Source: Selaginella moellendorffii
Lineage: Eukaryota > Plantae > Lycopodiophyta
Length of the DNA stretch: 18,795 bases
NCBI RefSeq assembly: GCF_000143415.4
Contig: NW_003314420.1
Coordinates: 194,455 to 213,249 of the forward strand
Direction of reading: 5' to 3'
Shown: piece after piece, positions 18,795 to 18,795 of the stretch
How the letters are laid out: each line of letters begins with the position of its first letter
Numbering within the stretch: position 1 is the stretch's first letter
The notes under the pieces: model-generated
Seen by the model: only the letters and a program-made list of their open reading frames with translations
Told to the model about the DNA's origin: nothing
The model's database searches: none
Made by a program: the position numbers and the translations under genes

Positions 18795-18795
18795 G

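Noticed and set aside
1-18795. CRISPR array or prokaryotic defence/RT system
   Set aside because: No repeat-spacer array or operon structure; the RT is a decayed plant-type gypsy RT and the genes have spliceosomal introns.

Overview
Eukaryotic, plant-like scaffold window with two assembly gaps (N at 2335-2789 and 16374-16822). Left flank: a minus-strand spliced gene of unknown function with very short GT-AG introns (43-49 nt) that runs off the window edge. Right flank: minus-strand gene-like sequence with similar short introns, plus a small Ty1/copia RT fragment. Between the gaps lies a ~13.5 kb nest of decayed LTR retroelements. Element A is a near-complete Ty3/gypsy element on the minus strand (~3700-7849). 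Element B is an inverted, fragmented relative of A on the plus strand, and it is interrupted three times. Two insertions (C1 8436-11232; C2 from 12441) belong to a long-LTR family with no intact coding. The third is a 577-bp TRIM (11544-12120) whose two LTRs each carry a 5S rRNA-derived box A/IE/box C segment, making it Cassandra-like. This 5S segment sits unusually close to the LTR 3' end and looks like the seed-free-plant 5S type; it is the most interesting item here. Host identity (seed-free plant, possibly Selaginella-like) is inference from intron size and 5S variant bases only. All identities and alignments were done by eye.
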